Shown piece after piece: positions 8,559 to 16,754 of a DNA stretch of 39,935 bases. Location: IMG/VR virus record IMGVR_UViG_2711768011_000006; one strand, written 5' to 3'. Position numbers and translations under genes: made by a program. The notes below the pieces were generated by a model, which saw only the letters and a program-made list of their open reading frames with translations, did no database searches and was not told the DNA's origin. Each line of letters starts with the position of its first letter. Position 1 is the stretch's first letter. Source of the stretch: a virus. Its lineage: Duplodnaviria > Heunggongvirae > Uroviricota > Caudoviricetes.

Positions 8559-8887
8559 TAACGACCTTATTTGTTGAATCAGATGAACCTCTTGTGTGTG
8601 CCGCCGGAATGCCGCTCTGTGGCGGAACGCTGACCGGCGTTTATTTCGGGGATTTGCGCGGTTATCCCTGGCATTCACTGGATGACGCATTTCCGCCTGA
8701 TATGGAGGCTGTCGTGCTGATTGTTCAGTATGGTGACCAACAGGAACTGCGCATCGGCCATATGGGGTATGAAGGCTTTTTTATTGATGAAGAAACCGGA
8801 GCCTGCCTTGAAGATGAGGACGGACAGGTGACGCACTGGTGCCATCTTTCGGCCTTGCCGGAATTACAGGGGATACATAATGGATGA
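8555..8887 (+). CDS. Hypothetical accessory early protein
   Basis: 110-aa ORF; ATGA overlap with the previous gene and ATGGATGA overlap with the next small ORF. Confidence 0.5.
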   Translation: MITTLFVESDEPLVCAAGMPLCGGTLTGVYFGDLRGYPWHSLDDAFPPDMEAVVLIVQYGDQQELRIGHMGYEGFFIDEETGACLEDEDGQVTHWCHLSALPELQGIHNG

Positions 8888-9023
8888 GCAAATTGTTGAA
8901 TGTCCCACCTGTGGAAATGAGGACCCGGAGTATCTGAAAGAGTGCCCACATTGTGGTGAGATAAAATGTAACCACTGCGATATGGGCGACGACACTGCAT
9001 GTATAAATTGTGAGGATGAATAA
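8880..9023 (+). CDS. Small cysteine-rich zinc-ribbon protein (47 aa; four CxxC pairs); absent from the ORF track because it is under 60 aa
   Basis: ATG at 8880 overlapping the upstream stop. Translation MDEQIVECPTCGNEDPEYLKECPHCGEIKCNHCDMGDDTACINCEDE; stop TAA at 9021-9023, 1 nt before the next ATG. Confidence 0.5.
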   Translation: MDEQIVECPTCGNEDPEYLKECPHCGEIKCNHCDMGDDTACINCEDE

Positions 9024-9024
9024 T

Positions 9025-9312
9025 ATGGAAAAAGAAATCAAATTTGCGCCTAAATCTATCGACGAAGAACTGGCTAAAATCGGCATGCTTGAACGTATGC
9101 GGGACATTATCGAATATGCGATAAAAGAAAATCTTGCAGCCAGAGAAGCCCTTTTGATAATGGAGCGGGAGATTAACCTGATTAAGGATGCTGTATCTCT
9201 GGATAATAAAATAGCCCGCGAGGAATACGTTCGCCGTAGGCTCGGTGTTGATGGTTCAGCAATTCTTACATCTGAACATTATGCAAAAATTTTTAATCTT
9301 TTTCAGCGGTAA
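9025..9312 (+). CDS. Hypothetical early protein (coiled-coil-like)
   Basis: ATG at 9025 (MEKEIKF...); 95 aa, rich in charged residues. Confidence 0.45.
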   Translation: MEKEIKFAPKSIDEELAKIGMLERMRDIIEYAIKENLAAREALLIMEREINLIKDAVSLDNKIAREEYVRRRLGVDGSAILTSEHYAKIFNLFQR

Positions 9313-9532
9313 TCCCCATACAGGCCCGGAGATTGTCGAAATGCCAGTCGGTATTAATATATGAGCCATCCTGGATATCTTCTGCATTTTCCGGGGTAGA
9401 GTTTTTTTGAGCGAGATTGATAATATGTATTGCCTCCTCACGGGAAATCAGCCCCTTATCGAACAGGGTTACCATAAGATTTCCAGCCATTGTGAATGCG
9501 GCAACATCAAGTGCATTTTTTATATCTGACAT
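9293..9532 (-). CDS. Hypothetical protein encoded antisense to the early operon
   Basis: 79-aa ORF with ATG and a well-spaced AAGGA ribosome-binding site on the minus strand. Sits in an otherwise non-coding 290-bp stretch. Confidence 0.45.
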   Translation of the reverse strand: MSDIKNALDVAAFTMAGNLMVTLFDKGLISREEAIHIINLAQKNSTPENAEDIQDGSYINTDWHFDNLRACMGITAEKD

Positions 9533-9560
9533 AGATTTTTCCTTTTATGTTAATTGACAT

Positions 9561-9590
9561 GGCGGTGCGGTAACACCGCCCATTTTTTAT
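9561..9590 (+). terminator. Rho-independent terminator-like hairpin (GGCGGTG-CGGTAA-CACCGCC followed by CATTTTTTAT)
   Basis: Perfect 7-bp GC-rich stem, 6-nt loop and T-run, read directly from the sequence. Confidence 0.6.
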
Positions 9591-9602
9591 GGAGCCACGA
9601 TA

Positions 9603-10115
9603 ATGAATCGCGCTTCCCTGATTACCTTAATACATGTCGCAAAACGCGATCTACAGCTTGACCATGATACCTATACATCCGCGCTGCTGGCAGCCACCGG
9701 CAAATCCAGTTGCCGTGATATGTCACCCGGTGAGTTATCCCGCGTGCTGGATGTTTTCAAAAAACGCGGTTTTAAAGTGCGTCAGAAGCCGGTTAACCGG
9801 GCCTTAAAACCGGGTACGGTGACCGCCAAAATTCGCGCCATCTGGAAAGTGATGCACCGGCAGGGATTTATCTCTGATGGCGGGGAAACGGCCCTTAACC
9901 GCTGGGTGAAATCGCAGACGGCCGCGCAGAACGACGGCGAAGGTGTGGCTAACTGGCAGTGGCTGGAGCAACAACCCGCGCTGGCCTCTGATGTGCTGGA
10001 GCGTCTCAAACGCTGGCACCGCCGCAAAATGCTGGCAGCCCTGGATATGTCGGAACGTGCAGTGATGAGTTATGAGCGTGTTTGCAGGCTGTATGAAAAA
10101 TCATTCCCCCGTTAA
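9603..10115 (+). CDS. gemA: GemA-like protein (Mu gp16 family regulatory protein)
   Basis: 170 aa. N-terminus (RASLITLIHVAKRDLQLDHDTYTSALL) resembles the gp16/GemA family signature. Position upstream of the Mor/C-like gene matches Mu. Confidence 0.7.
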   Translation: MNRASLITLIHVAKRDLQLDHDTYTSALLAATGKSSCRDMSPGELSRVLDVFKKRGFKVRQKPVNRALKPGTVTAKIRAIWKVMHRQGFISDGGETALNRWVKSQTAAQNDGEGVANWQWLEQQPALASDVLERLKRWHRRKMLAALDMSERAVMSYERVCRLYEKSFPR

Positions 10116-10121
10116 CCCCAA

Positions 10122-10150
10122 ATCCCGCCACAGCGCGGGATTTTTATTTT
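10122..10150 (+). terminator. Rho-independent terminator (ATCCCGC-CACAGC-GCGGGAT followed by TTTTTATTTT)
   Basis: 7-bp GC-rich stem with T-run immediately downstream of gemA and upstream of the Mor/C-family gene. Confidence 0.65.
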
Positions 10151-10185
10151 AAACTTGCCCTGTGTAATGATGACCGGAGGCGGGT

Positions 10186-10608
10186 ATGGCTGAAACACAG
10201 ATGAGCATGTTTGGTGACAGCGAACAGCTGCACGCGCTGATTGACCGTCTGGATGATATTCCTGATGATGAGCTGAAAAAGAACTGGCCCGGCACGCTGC
10301 GGGACCTGGTTGATGTGATCAGTGCTGAACTGCACCGTCAGGGGATTGAACCTGCTCAGGCGGGAATGCTTGCCCGTAAGGTTGCAGCCGCACAGGCCGG
10401 GTACATGGGCGGGCGTGGTTATTATCTCCCGGTCGGTGAATCCCTTTTCACCGAACTGCGCAATAATGAAATTTTTTCCCGCTGGAGCCAGGGCGAAAAA
10501 ATTGAAACCCTGCGCCGCCACTACCAGATGTCAGAGACGCAGATTTACTCCGTTATCCGCAACCAGCGTCGCCTGCATCAGGAACGCACGCAGCCACGGC
10601 TTTTCTGA
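10186..10608 (+). CDS. Mor/C-family transcriptional activator (middle/late gene activator)
   Basis: 140 aa with Mor/C-like features (N-terminal MFGDSEQL, central GGRGYYLPVG, C-terminal HTH TQIYSVIRNQRRL). Located immediately upstream of the lysis genes. Confidence 0.8.
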   Translation: MAETQMSMFGDSEQLHALIDRLDDIPDDELKKNWPGTLRDLVDVISAELHRQGIEPAQAGMLARKVAAAQAGYMGGRGYYLPVGESLFTELRNNEIFSRWSQGEKIETLRRHYQMSETQIYSVIRNQRRLHQERTQPRLF

Positions 10609-10679
10609 TATTCCGCAAATCCTGCCCCCTTTTCCTCACGGTTACGCTGACTCAGAGAACACCATGAGACAGCGTAACA

Positions 10680-11180
10680 ATGCCAAAACTCCCCGCACCC
10701 CTGCGTAAAAAGCTGATTGCCCTTGTTCTGGCCGGAGCCGGGACGTTCACCATTGCCACGCACTACACCGGCTACTGGGAAGGGAAAGAAAACACCACGT
10801 ACATTGATCCCACCGGCACCCCCACCATCTGTTACGGCCATACCGGCCCGGATGTGAAACCGGGGATGACAAAAACTGATGAAGAGTGTCTGGAGCTGCT
10901 GGAAAAGGACATGAAATGGGCCTTTGCGGCTATCGATCGTCATGTTCAGGTGCCGCTTACCCGTGGTCAGACGGTGGCGCTGGCCTCCTGGATTTTCTGG
11001 GCCGGTGAAACGAACTTTCGCAACTCCACGCTCCTGCGCCTTATCAATGCCGGGCAGATGCCCGCGTCCTGTAAGCAGTATATCCGCTGGATTTATTCAA
11101 AGGGGGTAAAACTCCCCGGTCTTGAGGCCCGCCGTTCGGCGGATGAATGGTTATGTCGTTACGATTTGCCGAAAGTCTGA
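10680..11180 (+). CDS. lys: Endolysin, phage lysozyme family, with N-terminal signal-anchor (SAR-type)
   Basis: 166 aa. N-terminal hydrophobic segment LIALVLAGAGTFTIA followed by a lysozyme-like catalytic region (YWEGKENTTYIDPTGTPTICYGHTG). Confidence 0.85.
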   Translation: MPKLPAPLRKKLIALVLAGAGTFTIATHYTGYWEGKENTTYIDPTGTPTICYGHTGPDVKPGMTKTDEECLELLEKDMKWAFAAIDRHVQVPLTRGQTVALASWIFWAGETNFRNSTLLRLINAGQMPASCKQYIRWIYSKGVKLPGLEARRSADEWLCRYDLPKV

Positions 11181-11292
11181 ACCGCTTCTGGCGACCGCTC
11201 ATGATTGCGCTGCTGTGTGCCGTTGTGCTGCTGCGGGGTGTGCTGTGTCTGCGGTGAACAATCCCTTACCGGCCCTGATTGCCGGAGGCTGT

Positions 11293-11643
11293 ATGGCGGC
11301 GCTGGGGGTGATGAGCGTGCTGGCTGCCGTGGTATGGGGAATGCACCAGAAGACGCAGCGCCTTGAGGACAATAATCATGTGCTTGTGCGTGAACGGGAC
11401 GAAGCCCGTCTGGTGCTGGCAAACCAGCAACGCACCCTGCAACTCATTTCACAAATCAGCAAGGCGGCCACGAATGAAAAACAGCAGAACATGCAGCACA
11501 GCGAGGAACAGCAGAGCATTGTCCGCCGGTCACTGGCAACGGTGCCTGCTGCCGCTGTGCCTGTGCCTGATGATGTGGCTGACCGGGTGCGGCGGGCCGT
11601 CTGTGAAATACGTGCCGGTGAAGCCGGTGCCGATCCCCGCTGA
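11293..11643 (+). CDS. Putative i-spanin (Rz-like); start uncertain (frame open from 11122; ATG at 11143 and 11293)
   Basis: N-terminal transmembrane-like segment (AALGVMSVLAAVVWG) followed by a charged coiled-coil-like region. GGAGG lies just upstream of ATG 11293. Contains an embedded lipoprotein ORF in another frame. Confidence 0.5.
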   Translation: MAALGVMSVLAAVVWGMHQKTQRLEDNNHVLVRERDEARLVLANQQRTLQLISQISKAATNEKQQNMQHSEEQQSIVRRSLATVPAAAVPVPDDVADRVRRAVCEIRAGEAGADPR

Positions 11644-11845
11644 ATGGCTGGCTGACTGCCTGGTCCCTCCCGCGCCGCAGCCGTTCACGTTTGGTGCATC
11701 GGTCACTTACAACCTGCAACTGCTGGCGGTGATTAAAAACTGCAACGTGGACAAGGCCAGCATCCGCCGTCTGGAGACACAGCGACAGCATGAATTTACT
11801 GATATGGCCGGAACGACTGCTGTTCCGGCAGGAAAGACGAAGTAA
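11474..11845 (+). CDS. Putative o-spanin (Rz1-like outer-membrane lipoprotein), overlapping the i-spanin 3' end in another frame
   Basis: ATG at 11474. Signal-peptide-like region ending in lipobox LTGC, followed by a proline-rich segment (PVKPVPIP, PPAPQP). Confidence 0.5.
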   Translation: MKNSRTCSTARNSRALSAGHWQRCLLPLCLCLMMWLTGCGGPSVKYVPVKPVPIPAEWLADCLVPPAPQPFTFGASVTYNLQLLAVIKNCNVDKASIRRLETQRQHEFTDMAGTTAVPAGKTK

Positions 11846-11855
11846 GGAAAAAGGT

Positions 11856-12083
11856 ATGGATGATTCAGATTGTGCTCAGGCAGTCATGGAGCGTGCAACA
11901 GAACGCGCCCTTTGTGACCGGCTGACACGTAAGCGCCGGGTGGCGGAGACACCGGGCAGGCGTGTATGCGCGGACTGCGGGGGTGACATTCCGGCTGCCC
12001 GTCTGGTTGCCGTGCCGGATGCCATCCGTTGTGTGAACTGCCAGAACATCATGGAGGCCGGTCATGTGGGTCAGCATCGTTAA
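11856..12083 (+). CDS. TraR/DksA-family C4 zinc-finger protein
   Basis: ATG at 11856 with AAGGAAAAAGG upstream; 75 aa. Contains CADCG...CVNCQ four-cysteine motif. Confidence 0.6.
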   Translation: MDDSDCAQAVMERATERALCDRLTRKRRVAETPGRRVCADCGGDIPAARLVAVPDAIRCVNCQNIMEAGHVGQHR

Positions 12084-12375
12084 AGATTATGTCGTGCCGA
12101 TCCTGTCGGCAACGGCCACAGCCGGGGGGATCTTCATGGCGCTGATGCGCAAAACCTTTGTCCCCCGCGAGGCCTTTGAAAAACTCTCCGACCGGGTTGA
12201 GCGGGTGGAGAGCCGGATTTCCGGCCTGCCCACGCAGCAGGAGGTGAACAGACTCAATATCGAAATCACCACCCTGCGCGGTGAGCTTAAGGCCACCAAT
12301 GCCACCCTGAAATCCGTCTCCCATCAGAACGAACTGCTGCTGGAGCAGGCTGTAAGGAAAAAACACAATGAGTGA
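12064..12375 (+). CDS. Small membrane-anchored coiled-coil protein (possible lysis accessory protein)
   Basis: 103 aa. N-terminal hydrophobic segment (VVPILSATATAGGIFMAL) then a heptad-like charged region. Located in the lysis gene cluster. Confidence 0.5.
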   Translation: MWVSIVKDYVVPILSATATAGGIFMALMRKTFVPREAFEKLSDRVERVESRISGLPTQQEVNRLNIEITTLRGELKATNATLKSVSHQNELLLEQAVRKKHNE

Positions 12376-12658
12376 TTTCATTACTGAAGATCAGCGTCTT
12401 GTCATTCTGCGGTCGCTGGCGGATTACAACGGCGAACTGGGCGAATCCGTGCTTCAGGACTGCCTGGATGATTACGGTCACCGCGTGTCCCGCGACACCG
12501 TTCATACCCACATTGCCTGGCTTGCCGAGCAGGGACTGGTGCGTAAGCGCACGCTTGTTAACGGTTATTTCATCGCTGAACTGACCGGCCGGGGTCAGGA
12601 TGTGGCGGAAGGCCGCGCCACCGTTCCGGGTGTGAAGAAACCACGCGCAAGGGGGTAA
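12368..12658 (+). CDS. Hypothetical protein (Mu gp26 position)
   Basis: 96-aa ORF with ATG start, translationally coupled to neighbours. Confidence 0.5.
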   Translation: MSDFITEDQRLVILRSLADYNGELGESVLQDCLDDYGHRVSRDTVHTHIAWLAEQGLVRKRTLVNGYFIAELTGRGQDVAEGRATVPGVKKPRARG

Positions 12659-12660
12659 CG

Positions 12661-13242
12661 ATGGATAAGCCAGCGCGTGGCCGTGTACGCAAGGTGGATT
12701 TGCTCCCCGACAGCATCCGTAAGCCGCTGCTGGAAATGCTGCGTGAAAAACGTCTGACGCAGGTCCAGATCCGCGAGGAAATCAACCGTCTGATCCGTGA
12801 AGCAGGTCTGCCGGAAGAGCAGCAGCTCTCACCGGCGGCCATCAGCCGGGAAGCCTCCCGTAATGAGCTGATTGCCCGTAATCTGCGTGATTTACGCGAG
12901 CAGACAAAAGCCATGATGGCCGAACTGGGGGATAAGCCGACCGGTGAAACCACGGCACTGATTCTGGAGATGTCCCGTGCCCTGATGTACCGCCGTCTGC
13001 GTGCCGCCACCGAATCCCTGAACAGCGACAGCGATGTGGATATGCGCCTTATTAAGGACATCCTCCTGTCGGCACAGCGTGCAGAAAGTGCCGCCGAGCG
13101 CAGCATTAAGCGTGAAAAAGAAATCCGGGCCGCATTTGCTGAAGAGATGGCGAATGCGGTCACCGATGAGTTGCGCGGCGTGGATGGCATGAGCGAGCAG
13201 ATCGAATTCCGTATCAGGCAGATGCTGCTGGGTAAGGCGTAG
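12661..13242 (+). CDS. Putative terminase small subunit (Mu gp27-like)
   Basis: 193 aa immediately upstream of the large terminase. Charged helical protein with an N-terminal DNA-binding-like region. Confidence 0.6.
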   Translation: MDKPARGRVRKVDLLPDSIRKPLLEMLREKRLTQVQIREEINRLIREAGLPEEQQLSPAAISREASRNELIARNLRDLREQTKAMMAELGDKPTGETTALILEMSRALMYRRLRAATESLNSDSDVDMRLIKDILLSAQRAESAAERSIKREKEIRAAFAEEMANAVTDELRGVDGMSEQIEFRIRQMLLGKA

Positions 13243-13252
13243 GAGGTGAATC

Positions 13253-13501
13253 ATGGCAACAGATAACCGCTCACTGATGAGCAGTGCCCATCAGAAAGCA
13301 TTCAGTCTTGCAACACAGTTACCTCCTGAAACCATAAAGGTATGTCGTGAGTTGACTGAACTCAGCATTGCCGGGGAAATATCCCTGGAACAACTGCATT
13401 CGCTGCTGGCAGAGGCTGCCACTGATGAGTTGAGCGGCGTGGACGTGATGACTGAAGAGCTTGAGTCCCGAATCAAAAGCATTCTGACAGGTAAAGCATG
13501 A
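13253..13501 (+). CDS. Small protein whose C-terminus duplicates the C-terminus of the upstream gp27-like protein
   Basis: 82 aa. C-terminal TDELSGVDVMTEELESRIKSILTGKA parallels TDELRGVDGMSEQIEFRIRQMLLGKA of the preceding ORF. Confidence 0.5.
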   Translation: MATDNRSLMSSAHQKAFSLATQLPPETIKVCRELTELSIAGEISLEQLHSLLAEAATDELSGVDVMTEELESRIKSILTGKA

Positions 13502-15165
13502 TGAACAAAGCCAGAGAAACGTCGCCTTCACTGATGCAAATGACGCCTCCCCGCAAAATTGATCTGTCAGGTGAAAAAGCCCTGCTGGGCGTGGATGTGC
13601 CGGACAGCCTTGATTTGCCCGGTGATATGCCGGTGTTTCTGGATTATCAGGCCCGCTGGTTTGCAGATGAAAGTCAGGTCTGCATCGCGGAGAAATCCCG
13701 CCGCACCGGTCTTACCTGGGCGGAAGCCGGGCGTAACGTCATTACTGCTGCAAAACCGAAGCGTCGTGGTGGCCGCAATGTGTTTTATGTGGGATCAAAG
13801 CAGGAGATGGCGCTGGAATATATTTCTGCCTGCGCGCTGTTCTCCCGTGCCTTTAACCAGCTGGCAGATGCTGATGTGTATGAGCAGACATTCTGGGATC
13901 GGGATAAAAAAGAAGAAATTTTGACCTACATGATCCGCTTTCCGAACAGTGGATTCAAAATTCAGGCATTGTCTTCCCGTCCGTCAAACCTGCGCGGCCT
14001 TCAGGGGGATGTGGTGATTGATGAAGCCGCGTTCCACGAGTCACTGGATGAGCTTCTCAAGGCGGCAATGGCGCTCACTATGTGGGGCGCGCGCGTGCGT
14101 ATTATCTCCACGCATAACGGCGTCGATAATCTGTTTAATCAGTACATTCAGGAAGCCCGCGAGGGGCGCAAGGATTACAGCGTCCACCGCATAACCCTGG
14201 ATGATGCCATTGCGGACGGGCTGTACCGTCGTATCTGTTACGTCACCGATCAGGAATGGTCACCGGAAAGCGAGCAGAAATGGCGTGATGATCTCTACAA
14301 AAACGCCCCGACCCGTGAGGATGCCGACGAGGAATACGGCTGTATCCCGAAAAAATCCGGCGGTGCCTATATCCCCCACGCGCTTATTGAAATGGCGATG
14401 ATCCGCGACATCCCGATTCTGACGTTTGAAGCCCCGGACAACTTCATCAGCCGTGCCGCATGGCTGCGTGAATCGGAAGTTTTAACCTGGTGTGAAGAAC
14501 ATTTAAAACCGCTTTTAGAGAAATTAAATCCCCGTTCCCGCTTCAGCTTCGGGGAAGACTTTGCCCGCACCGGTGACCTGTCCTGCTTTGTGCTGCTGGA
14601 AATCACCGAATCCCTGGCAAAGCGCGAGGTGTTTCGCGTGGAGCTGCGCAACCTGCCGTATGCCCAGCAGGAACAGGTGATGATGTACATCCTGACCCGC
14701 GTTCCGGCGCTGGTCGGTGCGGCGTTCGACGCCACCGGTAACGGCGGCTATCTGGCAGAGGCCGCACTGCTGGCCTTTGGCCCGGACATCATCGACTGCG
14801 TGATGTTGTCGCCGAAGTGGTACGGCGAGTGGATGCCAAAACTGAAAGCCGAGTTTGAAGATCAGAATATCCTCGTCGCCCGCCATCAGACCACGCTTGA
14901 TGATTTGCGCCATGTGAAGGTAGTGAATGGTATCCCGCAAATCGACAAGGGGCGCACGAAGGACCAGAACGCAACGGCTGCGAACGCCCGCCGCCATGGT
15001 GATTTTGCCGTGGCGCTCTGTATGGCAAACCGGGCGTCATACATGGAGGGCTTCATCCTGGATGAATCAGCCTGTCAGGCGCTACAGGAGCGGTCGCGGG
15101 CAATGGAGGGCGGTTATCGTGATGACGATGAGGCATATCATGAATTTGATCGGGGGGGCTGGTAG
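13498..15165 (+). CDS. Terminase large subunit (Mu gp28-like)
   Basis: 555 aa with ATPase and nuclease-like regions, in the Mu terminase position directly upstream of the portal gene. Confidence 0.9.
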   Translation: MMNKARETSPSLMQMTPPRKIDLSGEKALLGVDVPDSLDLPGDMPVFLDYQARWFADESQVCIAEKSRRTGLTWAEAGRNVITAAKPKRRGGRNVFYVGSKQEMALEYISACALFSRAFNQLADADVYEQTFWDRDKKEEILTYMIRFPNSGFKIQALSSRPSNLRGLQGDVVIDEAAFHESLDELLKAAMALTMWGARVRIISTHNGVDNLFNQYIQEAREGRKDYSVHRITLDDAIADGLYRRICYVTDQEWSPESEQKWRDDLYKNAPTREDADEEYGCIPKKSGGAYIPHALIEMAMIRDIPILTFEAPDNFISRAAWLRESEVLTWCEEHLKPLLEKLNPRSRFSFGEDFARTGDLSCFVLLEITESLAKREVFRVELRNLPYAQQEQVMMYILTRVPALVGAAFDATGNGGYLAEAALLAFGPDIIDCVMLSPKWYGEWMPKLKAEFEDQNILVARHQTTLDDLRHVKVVNGIPQIDKGRTKDQNATAANARRHGDFAVALCMANRASYMEGFILDESACQALQERSRAMEGGYRDDDEAYHEFDRGGW

Positions 15166-16754
15166 TGGGACGCATCATTGATACTGACGGAAAACCTTTC
15201 TCCTTTGACCCGGAGATGCAGAGTGCCGCGCTGGATATTCCGCAGATTGCCAGCCGTTATATTGAACATCCGGCTTCGGGTATCACCCCGAACCGGGCGG
15301 CGCAGTGCCTTCGCGGGGCTGAACGTGGCGATCTGATTGCCCAGTCCGATCTGGCCGCTGATATTGAAGAAAAGGACACCCACCTTTTTGCGGAGCTGGG
15401 CAAGCGACGTCTTGCCATTCAGGGGGTGCCATGGAGTATTGAGCCGCCACCGAACGCCAGCGCGAATGAGAAAAAGGACGCGGAAATGCTCGACGAATAT
15501 CTGCATTCCGCAGACTGGTTTGATGCCATGCTGTTTGACGCCACGGATGCCATCCTGAAGGGCTATTCCTGCATGGAAATTGAGCACGGGATGCTCGGTA
15601 AAATGCACATCATCCGCGCCATCCGCTGGCGTGACAGCGGGCATTTCTGCCTTAACCCGGATGATTTGAGCGAACTGCGGCTGCGTGACGGCAGCCATGC
15701 CGGGGTGGCGTTTCAGCCCTTTGGCTGGATAGTGCATCAGTCGCGTTCACGCACCGGCTACGGTGGTGCGACGGGGCTTGTCAGAACGCTTATCTGGCCG
15801 TTCATTTTCAAAAACTATTCCGTGCGCGATCTGGCGGAATTTCTGGAGGTGTACGGCCTGCCAATGAAGGTCGGGAAATACCCGTCCGGGGCAACACCGG
15901 AGCAGAAAAGTGCCCTGATGCGGGCGGTGATGGATATCGGGCGACGTACAGGCGGGATCATCCCGGCCGGGATGTCGCTGGAGTTTCAGGCGGCAGCGAA
16001 CGGTCAGGCCGATCCGTTTGAAACCATGATTTCGTGGGGTGAGCGTTCCATCTCCAAAGCAATACTCGGCGGCACGCTGACCACAGAAGCCGGAGACAAA
16101 GGCGCGCGCTCGCTGGGTGAGGTGCATAACGAGGTGCGCCGGGAAATCAGGGATTCTGATTTACGCCAGCTGGCTGCAACCCTGAACCGCGATCTGGTGT
16201 ATCCGCTGTATGCCCTGAACACCGCCCACGCCATTGATATCCGTCGCCTGCCGCGTATCTGTTTCCAGACCAAAGAACCGGGGGATATCACCAAAATAGC
16301 CAGTGCGGTGATGCAACTCAGTGCGGGGATGGATATTCCTGATCCCTGGGTACGGGATCAGACCGGTATTCCACAGCCCACGCCCGGTGAAGCCATATTC
16401 CGTGTCCGTCAGAGCAGTAATGAACCGGCCATGCCTGACAGGGAAACGCTACCGGAAAAACAGGAAAAGACAGAACAGACGGCGCTTTCAGCCCGACTGC
16501 CGGAAGCGAAAAACACGCCGCGTGATGAACTGGACGACATGGGGGACGCGGTGCCTGCCCGCCGCTTACAGGAGGCCATCGATCCGGTGCTGGAGCCGGT
16601 CATTGATGTCATCAGAACGCGGGGGCTGGCGGAGGCACTGGCAGACCTGCCTGCCCTTTACCGTGAAATGGATGATTCCCGCCTGATGACGCTGCTCAGT
16701 GATGCCATGTTTGCTGCGGAAATGAAGGGGATGCTGGATGGCTCAGGGGATTGA
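15165..16754 (+). CDS. Portal protein (Mu gp29-like)
   Basis: 529 aa with GTG start overlapping the terminase stop. Size and position match the Mu portal. Confidence 0.85.
   Translation: MGRIIDTDGKPFSFDPEMQSAALDIPQIASRYIEHPASGITPNRAAQCLRGAERGDLIAQSDLAADIEEKDTHLFAELGKRRLAIQGVPWSIEPPPNASANEKKDAEMLDEYLHSADWFDAMLFDATDAILKGYSCMEIEHGMLGKMHIIRAIRWRDSGHFCLNPDDLSELRLRDGSHAGVAFQPFGWIVHQSRSRTGYGGATGLVRTLIWPFIFKNYSVRDLAEFLEVYGLPMKVGKYPSGATPEQKSALMRAVMDIGRRTGGIIPAGMSLEFQAAANGQADPFETMISWGERSISKAILGGTLTTEAGDKGARSLGEVHNEVRREIRDSDLRQLAATLNRDLVYPLYALNTAHAIDIRRLPRICFQTKEPGDITKIASAVMQLSAGMDIPDPWVRDQTGIPQPTPGEAIFRVRQSSNEPAMPDRETLPEKQEKTEQTALSARLPEAKNTPRDELDDMGDAVPARRLQEAIDPVLEPVIDVIRTRGLAEALADLPALYREMDDSRLMTLLSDAMFAAEMKGMLDGSGD

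Noticed and set aside
11201-11257. 18-codon hydrophobic mini-ORF (MIALLCAVVLLRGVLCLR) between the endolysin and the i-spanin as a possible micro-holin
   Set aside because: No ribosome-binding site, out of frame with its neighbours and too short for confidence. Noted only as a possibility.
12570-13190. 206-aa minus-strand ORF opposite the gp27-like gene
   Set aside because: Arg/Ser-rich low-complexity translation antisense to a coupled late operon; likely an artefact.
14367-15737. Minus-strand ORFs within the terminase and portal genes (14367-14735, 14524-14997, 15138-15737)
   Set aside because: Embedded antisense to conserved morphogenesis genes with no independent support.
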